NCBI GenBank assembly: GCA_963737265.1
Contig: CAVTRY010000011.1
Span: 1,152,001-1,216,000 of the forward strand
DNA length: 64,000 bases
From: an uncultured delta proteobacterium
Lineage (GTDB): Bacteria; Myxococcota_A; Polyangia; Fen-1088
Direction of reading: 5' to 3'
The position numbers and the translations under genes are program-made. The notes below the pieces were generated by a model. It did not search any database. It had not been told where the DNA came from and saw nothing but the letters and a program-made list of their open reading frames with translations. Each line of letters begins with the position of its first letter. Within the stretch, counting starts at the first letter, position 1. This document shows, piece after piece, positions 19,734-30,631 of this stretch.

Positions 19734-21145
19734 CGCCCATCACGCTTTCGGGTGAGCTTCCGTCGAGGGTCAGTGGCAGCATGAGAAATACAGGATCTGC
19801 ATGAGGTTGTCGGGGTTGCGGTAGCCGTGGCCACGCTGGCTGATGCCGCGAACACGTGAATTGTTGCCTTCGAGGGCTGCGTTGGAAAGACCGTGCTTGG
19901 CCCAGGCAATAACGCCCGACCAATGGCGCTTAATCATGTTCCAGAATCGCTGCCCCATACGACGTCGAACTGCTCCTTGAGCAGGTACGCTACCTGGAGA
20001 CGTCGGTTGAGGCGGAATAGCTCGTCAAGCTCGCGACGGCGACGCCAGTGAAGACGACGACGCTTCTTGAGCAGGAGGAACTTCTTGCCTCGGATGGCCT
20101 CGCGATACAGGCCACCCTTGCGCCAAAATTCCGCCTTGCGGACCTGGTCGACGGCGTCGGTGAGGTGGTGCTCGATGTGGAATCGGTCGAAGACGAGGTC
20201 AGCCTGTGGGGCATGTTCGCAGATGGCGTTGATGTAGCCTTGGGCCATGTCCAGCGTGACTGCCACCAGCCGATGCGACCGGCGCGGTCCCAGCTTCACG
20301 AAAAACTGCTTGAGTGTTTCCTCCTGCTTGCCCTCGCCGATCCAAACCACGTGTCCGGCCTCGTGGTCCCAGACGATGGTCAGATACTTGTTCTGGCCTC
20401 GGCCGTAGCTGACCTCGTCGACGCCGATGATGCGAAGCTTGCGATGGAAGCGGCGCTCGACCGCATCCTCGACCCAGTGGGTGATGAGGCGCATGACGGT
20501 AGTCCAGTGCAGCCCGAGTTGGCGGCACACGCCGGCAATGGAAGTCGTGCGGGCACGCCGCAGGACCTCCGCCTCGAACATGTGAGTCATGCGCGAGCCG
20601 GTGCGCGCCCACGGGACCTGTTCGACCCGGATCCCACAGCGGCGACAGCGCACGCGCCGCAGAGGCGCGATGACGACCGTGCGGATGCCCCAACCGTCGA
20701 GATGACGCCAGGCCCGGGCGCAATTCTTGATATCCAGCGCGCAGCGCTTGGTCTCTCCACAGCCGGAGCACACAGCCGACTGCCTGGTCGGATACAGGTG
20801 TACATGCCAGGAGCCATCGGTACCGCTGTAGCTGTCGAAACTGACACGCCAGCCGTTTGCAATGGCCAGCTGCAATGCCAAAATACCAGGGACGGACGTT
20901 CGTTGGGAGTTCCTCGTGATTTGCATAAACCCGAAGGATCACCGACGGACGTCCACTTTTCATTTCGCGCACCGTCGCGCGCGGCGACGAGATCCTCGTC
21001 GTCGCATAGCAGCACCTGAGCCGCCAGCGAGGAGGCCGTCACCCGTAGGGCCGGAGCGAAGCGGAGGAGGCGCGAAGCGCCTTGACGGCCCCCGGAGCGG
21101 CGGCTACGCCGTTGCCTTCGCAATCACCCGAACGCGCGATGAACC
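19734..21145 (-). mobile_element. ISL3-family IS, no flanking DR
   Basis: IRs GGTTCATCGCGCGTTCGGGTGA / CGCCCATCACGCTTTCGGGTGA. Confidence 0.8.
19770..20926 (-). pseudogene. ISL3 transposase with frameshift/deletion near 19950
   Basis: Zn finger CSGCG..CRRCG, IGVDE, DMAQGY, FDRFH; SNAALEGNN..GYRN in a second frame. Confidence 0.88.
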
Positions 21146-22062
21146 TGATTTTCTTGTCGCGCGTGCGGAAGACGACCTCGTTGTCATCGACGTGCAGCAG
21201 CCGCTGGTTGGAGATGGCGACCCGGTGGGTGTACAGGCCAAGGTATTGAAAGAGAGCATCGGGGTTTTGGAAGGGTGCCTTCGCATAGACCACCCAGTTC
21301 TTTTCGTAGAGAGCATTCTTGAGGTGGGCGAAGGCGGCGGGCTCGAACGAGAGCGGCGACGGCTTTGGGAGGGCGCAGACCGGGTTTGAGTTTGCCGTCG
21401 GCAACCAGGCGATTCAGGCCATCGAGGAATTTCCCGCGAAACAGTTTGCCGAGGACTTTGACCGGAAGCAGATACTTTTCAGGCGAATCGACCCACGCGC
21501 CGTCGGCGCCGAGGCCGCCGCCGGTGACGATGCAATGAAGGTGCGGGTGAAAGATGAGATTGCGTCCCCACGTATGGACGACGCCGGTGACGCCGACCAG
21601 TGCACCGATCCGTTGCGCGTCGTGTGCGAGTGCAAGGATGGTTTCGCTGGCCGCTTTGAACAGCAGGTCGAGAAGCAAGACCTTGTATTCGCGAACCAGC
21701 GGGCGCAATTCGGCGGGCAGGGTGAAGACGACGTGAAAGTGGCGCACGGGCAGTGCGCGCTCCATGCGCGCGGCGACCCAGCGGGCTTGTCGCAAAGCCT
21801 GGCACTTGGGGCAGTGCCGATTGCGACACGAATTGTAGACCACGCGCGCGTCGCCGCAGTTTGCGCACACGTCCTTATGGCCGCCGAGCGCGCCCGTGCG
21901 GCAGACGGAGATGTCCCGCAACGCCCGGCGCTCCATGGCGCCGAGCGCGTGAGTTTGCTGAAAGGCCTGCCCGTGGTCGCGGAATATTTTTCCGATATCA
22001 CGGGCAGACGAGAGCCCCCGCCCGGCCGCGCAGGCGGGAGACTCGTCGTGCGCCGACTTCAT
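21146..22062 (-). pseudogene. IS91-family (HUH/Y2) transposase, frameshifted and truncated by ISL3
   Basis: YNSCRNRHCPKCQ, FHVVFTLP, HPHLHCIVTGGG, YLGLYTHRVAISNQR. Confidence 0.92.
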
Positions 22063-22065
22063 CGG

Positions 22066-22308
22066 TCAGCGCGGTGGTTGCGGGTGTTTTACTTTTCGTC
22101 GTCGCAGCGTCGGGCATGCACTCGTCGCGCGGGCAAGGTCGACTTTGCCGTCGCCCAGGGCATCGAGCGGACTGGTCACGCTAGCCAAGTGCTGCTTCGA
22201 CACTTGCAGATAGCGTGTCGTGTTTCGGATCGACTGATGCCCCAGCAGGACCTGGATGGTGCGCAGGTCTTCGCCCGATTCGAGAAGATGCGTGGCGAAG
22301 GAATGCCT
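22066..22308 (-). pseudogene. C-terminal part of the tyrosine recombinase interrupted by the RIT
   Basis: [28 protein letters not shown] continues the 31691..32370 fragment. Confidence 0.9.
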
Positions 22309-23005
22309 GTTATGCCGAGCTCGGCATGACAGGCATTATGCCGAGTGCCCGGTTATGCCGAGTGAGTCTTTCGATCTCGCTCGATCATCGGAGATTCCCT
22401 CGGCAGATGGGCTTGCAGACTCGGCATAACCAGGGCGTCGTCGTCTCTTTCTGGCTACTGGGCCGAAGGAGGACACATGCCCCGGATGCACGACGACTTT
22501 GTGGAATGGCAACGACTGCGTAGCGGCCCCTTGGGTCCGCACCTGGACACGTTTGCGGCGACGCTCACCGAGAAGGGATATTCGCCCGCCACCGTGGCGC
22601 TGAAGGTGCGCGTGGCAGCGAAATTCGGACAGTGGCTTGGACGGCGAGGACTCGCTATCGGTGAGGTCGACGAGCAAGTCGTAGTCCGCTTCGTCCAGGG
22701 CCATCCTTGCTCGCCCCGGCGTGGGGACGCGGCGACACTGCGTGTTCTACTTGAACAGGTCCGTTCTGCCGGCCTGGCCCCGCCAGCCCCAACTAAGGTC
22801 GATGACACTGCGATCGGGCGGATCGTGAGCGAATTCGGCCGGTATCTGTTGGTAGACCGTGGCCTGTCCGTCTCGACTCGGATCAGCTACCTGTGCTGAG
22901 CGACAATTACATCTCCCCAAAGACGACAGCTACGTCGCCCCGCTTTGAGGCGCGACGGTGACCGTGAGGTAGACCTCCAAGCCCGCAAGCGGGCAGGAGG
23001 CACCT

Positions 23006-24505
23006 TTGAAGCCGGTCACCGACGCCCAAGTGAGGCGTTTGATGGAAGAGATGAGCAAGATTGGAAAAGTAGGCCAGGCCGCCATGAAGGCGGGCATGGA
23101 CCGGAAGACAGGGCGGCGATACATCGCCGCGGGCAAGCTACCGTCGGAGCTACGGCAGCCGCGGTGGTGGCGGACGCGCCCTGACGCGTTCGCCGAGGAC
23201 TGGCCAGCCGTGGCCAAGTTGCTGGAGGAAACGCCTGGGCTGGAGGCTCAGACGGTGCTGGAGCTGCTGGAGGCGAAGCAGCCAGGGCGGTACAACGAGA
23301 GCCATCTTCGGACAATGCAGCGGCGAATCCGTCGCTGGCGGGCCGAGCATGGTCCTGCGCGTGAGATTTGGTTCACGCAGGCGCATCGGCCCGGTGAAGC
23401 CGCGCAAACCGACTTCACGTCGACGGCGGAGCTTGGTGTGACGATCGTGGGCCAGCTATTTGTGCACCTTTTGTGCGTGACGGTGCTGCCGTACTCGAAC
23501 TGGCAATGGGCGACCGCGTGTCTGTCGGAGTCTCTGGCAGCGCTTCGGCGAGGGATCCAGTCGGCGCTGTTCCAGCTTGGGCGGGTGCCGCGATACCACC
23601 AAACCGACCACTCGACGGCGGCGACACATCAGATCGCTCGCGATGCGGAAGATCGCACTTTCAACGATGAATACAAGGCGGTCATGCGGCACCTCGGAAT
23701 GGAGCCACGAACTACAGCCGTCGGGGCCAAGGAACAAAACGGCGATGTGGAGGCCAGCAACGGCGCGCTCAAGCGTCGGCTTGAACAAGCGTTGCTGGTG
23801 CGTGGCAGCCGCGACTTCGCGGACCAAGACGACTACGAACGCTTCGTAGCCAAGGTGGTCCGCAAAGCCAACGCTTCGCGAGGCCCGCGCGTCGCCGAGG
23901 AGATCGAAGCCATGCGGCCGCTGGTGGTGGAGCGTTTGCCGGAGTACGCAGAAATGACGGCACCTGTGGCGTCGACGAGCACCATCCGGGTCAAGTCGTG
24001 CGCCTACTCGGTGCCGTCGAGGCTGATCGGCGCACGGGTGAGAGTCCGCGTGTTCGAGCACCGAATCGAGGTGTACTACGCCGACAACTTGGAATTGGCC
24101 TGCGACAGGCTGCGAGGCAAGACCGCGCGCATCGACTACCGGCACGTCATCTGGTCTTTGGTGCGCAAGCCGGGCGCGTTTTCTCGCTACGTCTACCGAG
24201 AAGAGCTGTTTCCAAGCGTGACTTTCAGGCGGGCATACGACGCGATCCAGGCGACCAAGCCTGGAATCAAAGGCGACGTTGAATACCTGCGCATTCTTCA
24301 CCTGGCCGCCAGCACGATGGAAGCCGATGTCGAGCAAGCGCTCACGACTCTGCTTGCCGATGGGACCATCTTGACGGCGGATGCAACCAAGAAGAGATGC
24401 ACACAGGCGACGGACAGTACCTATCCACCGAGCGTCCCCGCGCTCGAAGCACCGCTGGTCGATCTCGCGTCCTACGACCTGCTCCTCGAACAGGTGGCAT
24501 CATGA
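23006..24505 (+). CDS. istA: IS21 transposase IstA
   Basis: HTH, PGEAAQTDF, TDH, NGDVE, YSVPSRLIG. Confidence 0.92.
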   Translation: MKPVTDAQVRRLMEEMSKIGKVGQAAMKAGMDRKTGRRYIAAGKLPSELRQPRWWRTRPDAFAEDWPAVAKLLEETPGLEAQTVLELLEAKQPGRYNESHLRTMQRRIRRWRAEHGPAREIWFTQAHRPGEAAQTDFTSTAELGVTIVGQLFVHLLCVTVLPYSNWQWATACLSESLAALRRGIQSALFQLGRVPRYHQTDHSTAATHQIARDAEDRTFNDEYKAVMRHLGMEPRTTAVGAKEQNGDVEASNGALKRRLEQALLVRGSRDFADQDDYERFVAKVVRKANASRGPRVAEEIEAMRPLVVERLPEYAEMTAPVASTSTIRVKSCAYSVPSRLIGARVRVRVFEHRIEVYYADNLELACDRLRGKTARIDYRHVIWSLVRKPGAFSRYVYREELFPSVTFRRAYDAIQATKPGIKGDVEYLRILHLAASTMEADVEQALTTLLADGTILTADATKKRCTQATDSTYPPSVPALEAPLVDLASYDLLLEQVAS

Positions 24506-25351
24506 CCAACGTCTCCGTAGACACGGTCAAGCCGAGCGCGCTCGAACGCTCTGCTGGTGCTTCTGCGCGCGCTCAAGCTGCCTGCCTTCACCCGGCACGC
24601 CGAGGAGATCGCGATCAAGGCCAGCCGCGAGGGGTGGACCTTCAGCCAATACCTCCAGCACCTGGCCGAACTGGAAATCGAAGAGCGCCGAACCCGTCGC
24701 ATCGATCGCGCGCTTCGCGATTCGGACCTTCCCACGGAGAAAACCCTGGCCACCCTGGAACGTGGTCGGCTGTCACCCAAGGTGATGAAGCAGATGGCGA
24801 GCCTGTGTGAGGGTGGCTTTGTCGAACGTGGGGAGAACCTGCTCGTCTTCGGACTGCCCGGCCGAGGCAAAAGTCACGTTGTGGCTGCCATCGGCCACGA
24901 ACTCATCCGGCGCGGCTACCGGGTCCTCTTCACGCCGACCTTCGCGCTTGTCCAGAGGCTGCTGGCCGCCAAGCGCGACCTTCGCCTGGAACGAGAACTG
25001 GCCGCGCTCAACATCTATCACGCCGTGATCCTCGACGACATCGGCTACGTCCAGCAGAGCCGCGATGAAATGGAGGTCCTTTTCACCTTCCTGGCCGAGC
25101 GGTACGAACGCAAGAGCGTCCTCATCACCAGCAACCTGGTCTTCAGCGATTGGATCCGCATTTTCAAGGATCCCATGACCACCGCCGCCGCCATCGACCG
25201 ACTGGTCCACCACGCGGTCATCCTTGAGATGACCGGCCCCAGCTACCGCAGCGAAGAAGCACGAAAGAGAGGCGTCACCACCCCAGCGACAACTACGACA
25301 ACTACCGATCAACCAACGACAACTACCCCCGACAACAATGGGGCGATGTAA
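24502..25351 (+). CDS. istB: IS21 helper ATPase IstB; frameshift near 24550
   Basis: GLPGRGKSH, ILDDIGY, ITSNL, AAIDRLVHH; the ATG overlapping the istA stop is out of frame by 1 nt. Confidence 0.9.
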
Positions 25352-26515
25352 TTGACGTCACCGGGTGAATGTAGTTGACGTCCAGCACTACCTGCCCATT
25401 GTCCGCTCGTTCCTCGCGGAGCGGTTCGATGGCAGGAAGGTGCACCTCAATGCGCTCGGGCCCCAGGATGCGGGTGAATTCCTGGTCCGGCATGTTCACG
25501 TGGTCCATCCAAAGAGAGCCGCTCTGATGGTGACCGCCCTACGCAGTCTTCTACGGTGGGCGCATTTGAAAGGAGCCCTGGCAGCGGACCTAGCGGCGAC
25601 GGTACCCGCGGTCGCCTGCTGGCGCTTCTCAACGGTGCCGAAATCGATTCCGGCGCGGGACGTTCGAGCATCTTCTGCGCCGCTGTCGACGAAGAAGCTC
25701 CGAAGCCGGCCTGCGCGACCACGCGGTCCTGATGCTGATGGCACGACTCGGCCTTCGCGGTGGAGAAGTCGTGAGCCTGGATCTGGCAGACTTCGACTGG
25801 GCCGCCGGCACGGTGCGGGTCCACGGCAAGGGTGGGCGGCAAGACGTCCTCCCGTTGCCGTCCGATGTCGGCAAGGCCGTCGCCCGGTACTTGCGCCATG
25901 GCCGCCCAGCATGCTCGTGCCGGAGAGTCTTCGTCCGCGCGAGAGCACCACGACGTGGCTTCACAACCACGGGCGCAATCTGTACGATCGTGAGGCGTGC
26001 ACTGGAGCTCGCCGGACTGGACCCACCATGCAAGGGCGGGCACATTCTTCGCCATGCGCTCGCCTGCTCGATGCTGCATCGAGGAGCGACCCTCACCGAG
26101 ATCGGACAGGTCCTGCGACACCGTCGAGCCGACACGACGACGATTTACGCGAAGGTAGATCTCCAGGCACTACGTGCTCTCGCTCCTGCATGGCCGGGAG
26201 GCAGGCGATGAGTACGCTCTGCGAAGGCGTCGAGGCGTACCTGTCGCTGCGACGTCGGCTGGGCTACAAACTGGACCGCTCGTGTTCCGAGGCGGTGTGA
26301 GTGCGGCTGAGCGGCGGGAGATTGTGCTCCCTCCGTGATGGCATCGGTTGGACAATCGCCATCATTCCCGTCGTGGAAATGTTCATGGCGGCTTGCGGGG
26401 AATCAGGGTAGTGGCGGCAGGGAAAGGAGGAGCATCGGCATCTCGCTGGCCGCAGCTATGTAGGTGACCAGGAGGGCGTATCCACCACCCTGCCTGGTCG
26501 TGCTCCGCACCCGAC

Positions 26516-27148
26516 GTGAAAGGAAACGAAAGGAACGGAGCGCTTCAGACAATCGTGCATGGCAAGGTCGGGGTCAAGCTCTGGTTGGCGGCAGTGCCAG
26601 GCGTGGACTTGCTCAGACCGAGCACCTGCCCTCTATGTGGACGAGCTGGCTGTCCGCCGGGAGCAAGTCTTGGGATCATCGGGCACGGGCTGCGCTCAAG
26701 ACAGTTTTGGGGACCGCCAGGACCGGGGCAAGTGCCCAAGATGGTCTTGCTGCTCGTCCGTCGCTTTCTCTGCAAGTGCGGCGCCGTGCTCACCGTGGTT
26801 CCTTGCGAAACGATACCGGGACGGCTTTACACCTCGTCTGCGGTCGGGTGGGCGTTGGCCTTGTTCGGGGTGCAGAAATTGTCTATTGCGGAAGTGCGGC
26901 GACAGACGAGTCCGCGGACGATCATCGGCGAGACCGCCATCACCGGTTGGGCCACGTTGCGGCGCTGGATTCGCGCCATTCGTGCGGGCACGCTGCTGTC
27001 CGGACTGCGCGCTTCGCCGTCGGATTTCACCGCACGGCAGGCGGCTGAGCGGGCGGCGTTGGGACTCGCTTCACTCGGGCCGCCGCCCTCGAACGAGGCG
27101 TCTGTGGCAACCCGGGCTTTCCAAGGAGCGACGCTCGCTATGCGATGA
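26516..27148 (+). CDS. Zn-finger/HTH accessory protein (DUF6431-like)
   Basis: CPLCG..GHG..RRFLCKCG, WATLRRW. Confidence 0.6.
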   Translation: MKGNERNGALQTIVHGKVGVKLWLAAVPGVDLLRPSTCPLCGRAGCPPGASLGIIGHGLRSRQFWGPPGPGQVPKMVLLLVRRFLCKCGAVLTVVPCETIPGRLYTSSAVGWALALFGVQKLSIAEVRRQTSPRTIIGETAITGWATLRRWIRAIRAGTLLSGLRASPSDFTARQAAERAALGLASLGPPPSNEASVATRAFQGATLAMR

Positions 27149-27265
27149 CCATCAGACTTTTCCCGTCGCTGGGACTTCGCCCACCCGCGAAGATCCCTGC
27201 CAGGCGTGGCCGGAATGAAGCATGGCTTTACCTGCATCGCACACCGCGATTGCAGAAGGGACACC

Positions 27266-28630
27266 ATGACCGACCTACAAAGCCTGAAGCCCAAGGACCA
27301 TGCCGAGGAGGTAGCCATCTTTCGCAGCGAGATCGTCGGCGCACTCACCCGGCGAGATCTCGACCACGGAGAGTTGGCGGCGACGCTGAAAGATCTGGCC
27401 GCCGAGCGCTACCGGCCGCCGGGAGCGGACAGCACGCGCAGATTCTCCATTCCGACGCTGGAGCGTTGGTACTACGCCTACAAAGCTGGAAGCCTAGATG
27501 CCCTGCGCCCCGAACCACGCAGCGATAGTGGACGCGCGCAGGAGCTGACAGCGGAGCAGCGCACGCTTCTGTGCGACATCCGGCGCGAGCACCCCTCGGC
27601 TTCGGTGCCCTTGATCCTTCGCACCCTGACCCTCGACGGACGATTGAGCAAGGACGCGGTGTCGGCCTCGACGGTGCGGCGGCTTTTCGCCGACGAGGGA
27701 CTGGACCGCATTCCCATGCGCGATAGCAAGGGGCCGAAGACCAGGCTGCGCTGGGAAGCCGAGCGGCCTGGGGCGCTCTGGCACGGTGATGTCTGTTACG
27801 GCCCGGCGATTTCGGTCGACGGCAAAAACATGCCGGTGCGAATTCACGGACTTCTCGACGATGCCTCTCGCTTCATCATCGCGCTGGAAGCGCACCACAC
27901 CGAGCGCGAGGTGGATATGCTCGGCATGTTTGTGCGCGCCCTGCGCAGGCATGGGCCACCCGATGCCTTGTACCTCGACAACGGCAGCACCTATCGCGGC
28001 GACATCTTGTCCACGGCTTGTGCGCGCATGGGCGTCTCCCTGTTGCACGCGCGTCCCTACGACCCGCAGGCACGTGGAAAAATGGAGCGCTTCTGGCGCA
28101 CCCTGCGCCAGGGATGTCTCGACTTTCTTGGCCAGGTGTCGTCGTTACACGACATCAACGTGCGACTGTGGGCCTTTCTCGACGAGCACTACCACAAGGC
28201 GCCGCACGCGTCGCTGCTCGGCCGCGCGCCCGCGCGCGTGTACGAGGCAGCCGAACGTCCCACCGACCGCTTTGACGAGCACAAGCTGCGCGAGGCGCTG
28301 ACCGTGCGCGTGCGCCGCCGCGTACGCCGAGATACCACGCTGCCACTGGAGGGTACGGACTGGGAGCTTGACCAGGGCTTCCTCGCAGGGCGACTGGTCA
28401 TGGTGGCCCGTTGCCTCGTCGACATGAACGAAGCTCCGTGGGTCGAGCACGAGGGAAAGGCGCTGCCTCTTCATCCCGTCGACCCTGCTAAGAACGCCCG
28501 CCGAAAGCGCTCAAATCGTGGCGGGGGACATGCGACAAAAGCCTCGCGACCGGTGCCCTTCGATCCGCCCTCCGTGCTGCTCGACCGAGCCGTCGGCCGA
28601 AACCCTTCGCCACAAGGAGGTGACCGATGA
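27266..28630 (+). CDS. DDE (rve/Mu-like) transposase
   Basis: HTH, LWHGD, LDDASR, LYLDNGS, RGKMERFWRT, Mu-type C-terminus. Confidence 0.9.
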   Translation: MTDLQSLKPKDHAEEVAIFRSEIVGALTRRDLDHGELAATLKDLAAERYRPPGADSTRRFSIPTLERWYYAYKAGSLDALRPEPRSDSGRAQELTAEQRTLLCDIRREHPSASVPLILRTLTLDGRLSKDAVSASTVRRLFADEGLDRIPMRDSKGPKTRLRWEAERPGALWHGDVCYGPAISVDGKNMPVRIHGLLDDASRFIIALEAHHTEREVDMLGMFVRALRRHGPPDALYLDNGSTYRGDILSTACARMGVSLLHARPYDPQARGKMERFWRTLRQGCLDFLGQVSSLHDINVRLWAFLDEHYHKAPHASLLGRAPARVYEAAERPTDRFDEHKLREALTVRVRRRVRRDTTLPLEGTDWELDQGFLAGRLVMVARCLVDMNEAPWVEHEGKALPLHPVDPAKNARRKRSNRGGGHATKASRPVPFDPPSVLLDRAVGRNPSPQGGDR

Positions 28631-29442
28631 CGCCTGCCTATCTCGGCCACTTCGCCCTCGAACGCGCCCCCTTCTCCAAGGAGATTGCCGACGTCGACCT
28701 GTGGATGCCGCCTTCCAAGGAGGCCCTGGTACACGAGCTGTGCGAGGCGCTCCATGAGCGTGCGTCCATTATCCTCACTGGCGATCCCGGCGCCGGCAAA
28801 ACCTGCGTCCTGCGTGCCTTGCGCCACAGGCTGCCGCAAACTGGTTTCCGTCTGACCTACTGCCACAACGCCACTCTCGGCCGCCGCGATTTCTATCGCC
28901 AGCTTTGTCTCGCCTTGGGGCTCGCGCCTTCCGCCGCCGCCGCGGCTCTCTTCTTCGCCGTCTCCTCCCACGTCGAAGATCTTGGCCGCGAGCGTGTTCA
29001 CCCGGTCTTCCTCTTGGATGAGGCCCACCTGCTCCACCAAGACATGCTGGATCATCTGCACATTTTGCTGAACTACCAGTGGGACAGTAGGGCGCTCCTG
29101 TCCCTCGTCCTCGTCGGCCTGCCAGAACTTTCCGACAGGCTCGTCCTCCGTCGCAATCGATCCTTGTACTCGCGCATTTACACCCGGCTCAATGTCGCGC
29201 CCCTGACCCCGGACGACACCGCCGACTACATTCGCTCCAGACTCAAACAATCAGGCTGCGACCGCGAGCTTGTCACGGCCGACGCCTTGGCCATGCTCCA
29301 CGAAGCCGCCGCCGGATCTTTGCGCGACCTCGACCGGCTCGCCACCGCCGCCCTTCGCGACGCCGCCCGCAGAAAGCGAAAACTCGTCGAGCGCGATGCC
29401 ATCACCCGTATCGTCGACTCCGAACCCAGGGATCCAGCATGA
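28627..29442 (+). CDS. ExeA/TnsC-like AAA+ ATPase
   Basis: GDPGAGKT, LLDEAH, LVLVGLPEL. Confidence 0.9.
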   Translation: MTPAYLGHFALERAPFSKEIADVDLWMPPSKEALVHELCEALHERASIILTGDPGAGKTCVLRALRHRLPQTGFRLTYCHNATLGRRDFYRQLCLALGLAPSAAAAALFFAVSSHVEDLGRERVHPVFLLDEAHLLHQDMLDHLHILLNYQWDSRALLSLVLVGLPELSDRLVLRRNRSLYSRIYTRLNVAPLTPDDTADYIRSRLKQSGCDRELVTADALAMLHEAAAGSLRDLDRLATAALRDAARRKRKLVERDAITRIVDSEPRDPA

Positions 29443-29663
29443 GGCGCCCACCGCCACCACACGCCCAGATCCATCTGCCTCCAATGGACGCATCGTATGC
29501 CCTGACCATCGTCGACGTGTTCGAGCGGGCCATCGCAGCCATCTGGCGTGCCCATGGCGATGCCATCGCCGACCTGCAGGCGTTGCGCGGGATCGAAACA
29601 CCCAGGCCCCCTGACGCCGTCTGGGAATCTGTCCCCGACGGCCCTCACGACGACTGCTTCTGA
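29439..29663 (+). CDS. Small hypothetical protein of the transposon
   Basis: ATGA overlap with the ATPase; acidic end DDCF. Confidence 0.6.
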   Translation: MRRPPPPHAQIHLPPMDASYALTIVDVFERAIAAIWRAHGDAIADLQALRGIETPRPPDAVWESVPDGPHDDCF

Positions 29664-30631
29664 ACCGACCCAATGATGGGCATCACGGAAGTGACAGGCA
29701 CCCTGTCACCTTCGCGATGCCCATCTGCTATCTGGACCGCAAACCCATCAGCCTGTTTGCGTGGCAACAGCTCGGGACGGTTACTGCTGCAGTTCGTGTC
29801 CTTCATGGAGCAGCGGAAGGCGCCGTTCATCACCAGCGATCTGGCCCGCGAGTGGGCCATGCTGCCGACCAAGGCCCAGCCCGGGTATTGGGCCAGCCGC
29901 CTCTCGGCGGTTCGGCTCTTTGCGCAGTATCGGCGCGCCACCGATTCTCGCACCGAGGTCCCTGCCCTCGGGCTCCTCCGGGCTCGGTATCAGCGCAAGC
30001 GCCCCTACATATACAGCGAGGACGATATCGCGCGGCTGATGGGTGCGGCGGTACAACTTGCATCACCGACGGGCCTTCGTGCTCAGACCTATGTCACGCT
30101 GCTTGGCCTGCTCACCGTGACCGGCTTGAGGATCAGCGAAGCGATCGCTCTCGACCGCGAGGATGGCGATCTCGAAGGCGGGATCCTGACGATCCGCCAG
30201 ACCAAATTCGGGAAGACCCGGCTGGTGCCCGTTCATAGATCGACATCGCTGGCTCTGCGCCGGTACGCACGTTTCCGAGATGGCGTTCATCCCAGACCAC
30301 GGACGAGTAGCTTCCTGGTCGGCGAGGCAGGTGCCCGGTTGGTGAAGAACACCGCAGAAGACACCTTCGTCCAACTATCTCGCCGAATTGGACTTCGTGG
30401 TCCTGAAGGTCGTCACGGTCATGGTCCGCGTCTGCATGACCTTCGTCATCGGTGGGCCGTGGACACCATGCTGCGCTGGTACCGGGCAGGCCTCGATGTG
30501 GAGCGGCACCTGCCGCAACTGTCGACCTACCTCGGGCACACTCACGTGAGCGACACCTACTGGTACCTGACCGCAGTGCCGGAGTTGATGAGCCTCGCCA
30601 TGTCGCTCCTGGAGCGAGATAGGACGTCGCC

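Larger units (their letters stand above)
22894..25387 (+). mobile_element. IS21-family element
   Basis: TG..CA ends, IRs TGCTGAGCGACAATTACAT / TGCTGGACGTCAACTACAT, 7-bp DR CTACCTG. Confidence 0.93.
22477..26211 (+). pseudogene. RitA recombinase interrupted by IS21, plus a frameshift near 25662
   Basis: RSGPLGPHLDTF N-terminus; LGLRGGEV, GKGGR, HILRH, VLRH..TTIYAKVD. Confidence 0.85.
26283..29769 (+). mobile_element. Four-gene DDE transposon with TGT..ACA ends and 5-bp DR
   Basis: GCTCG|TGTT...AACA|GCTCG; removal restores the ritB frame. Confidence 0.88.

Noticed and set aside
28627-29442. ExeA as type II secretion, or the element as a CRISPR-associated transposon
   Set aside because: It lies inside a DR-flanked transposon; no T2SS, TniQ or cas genes are present.
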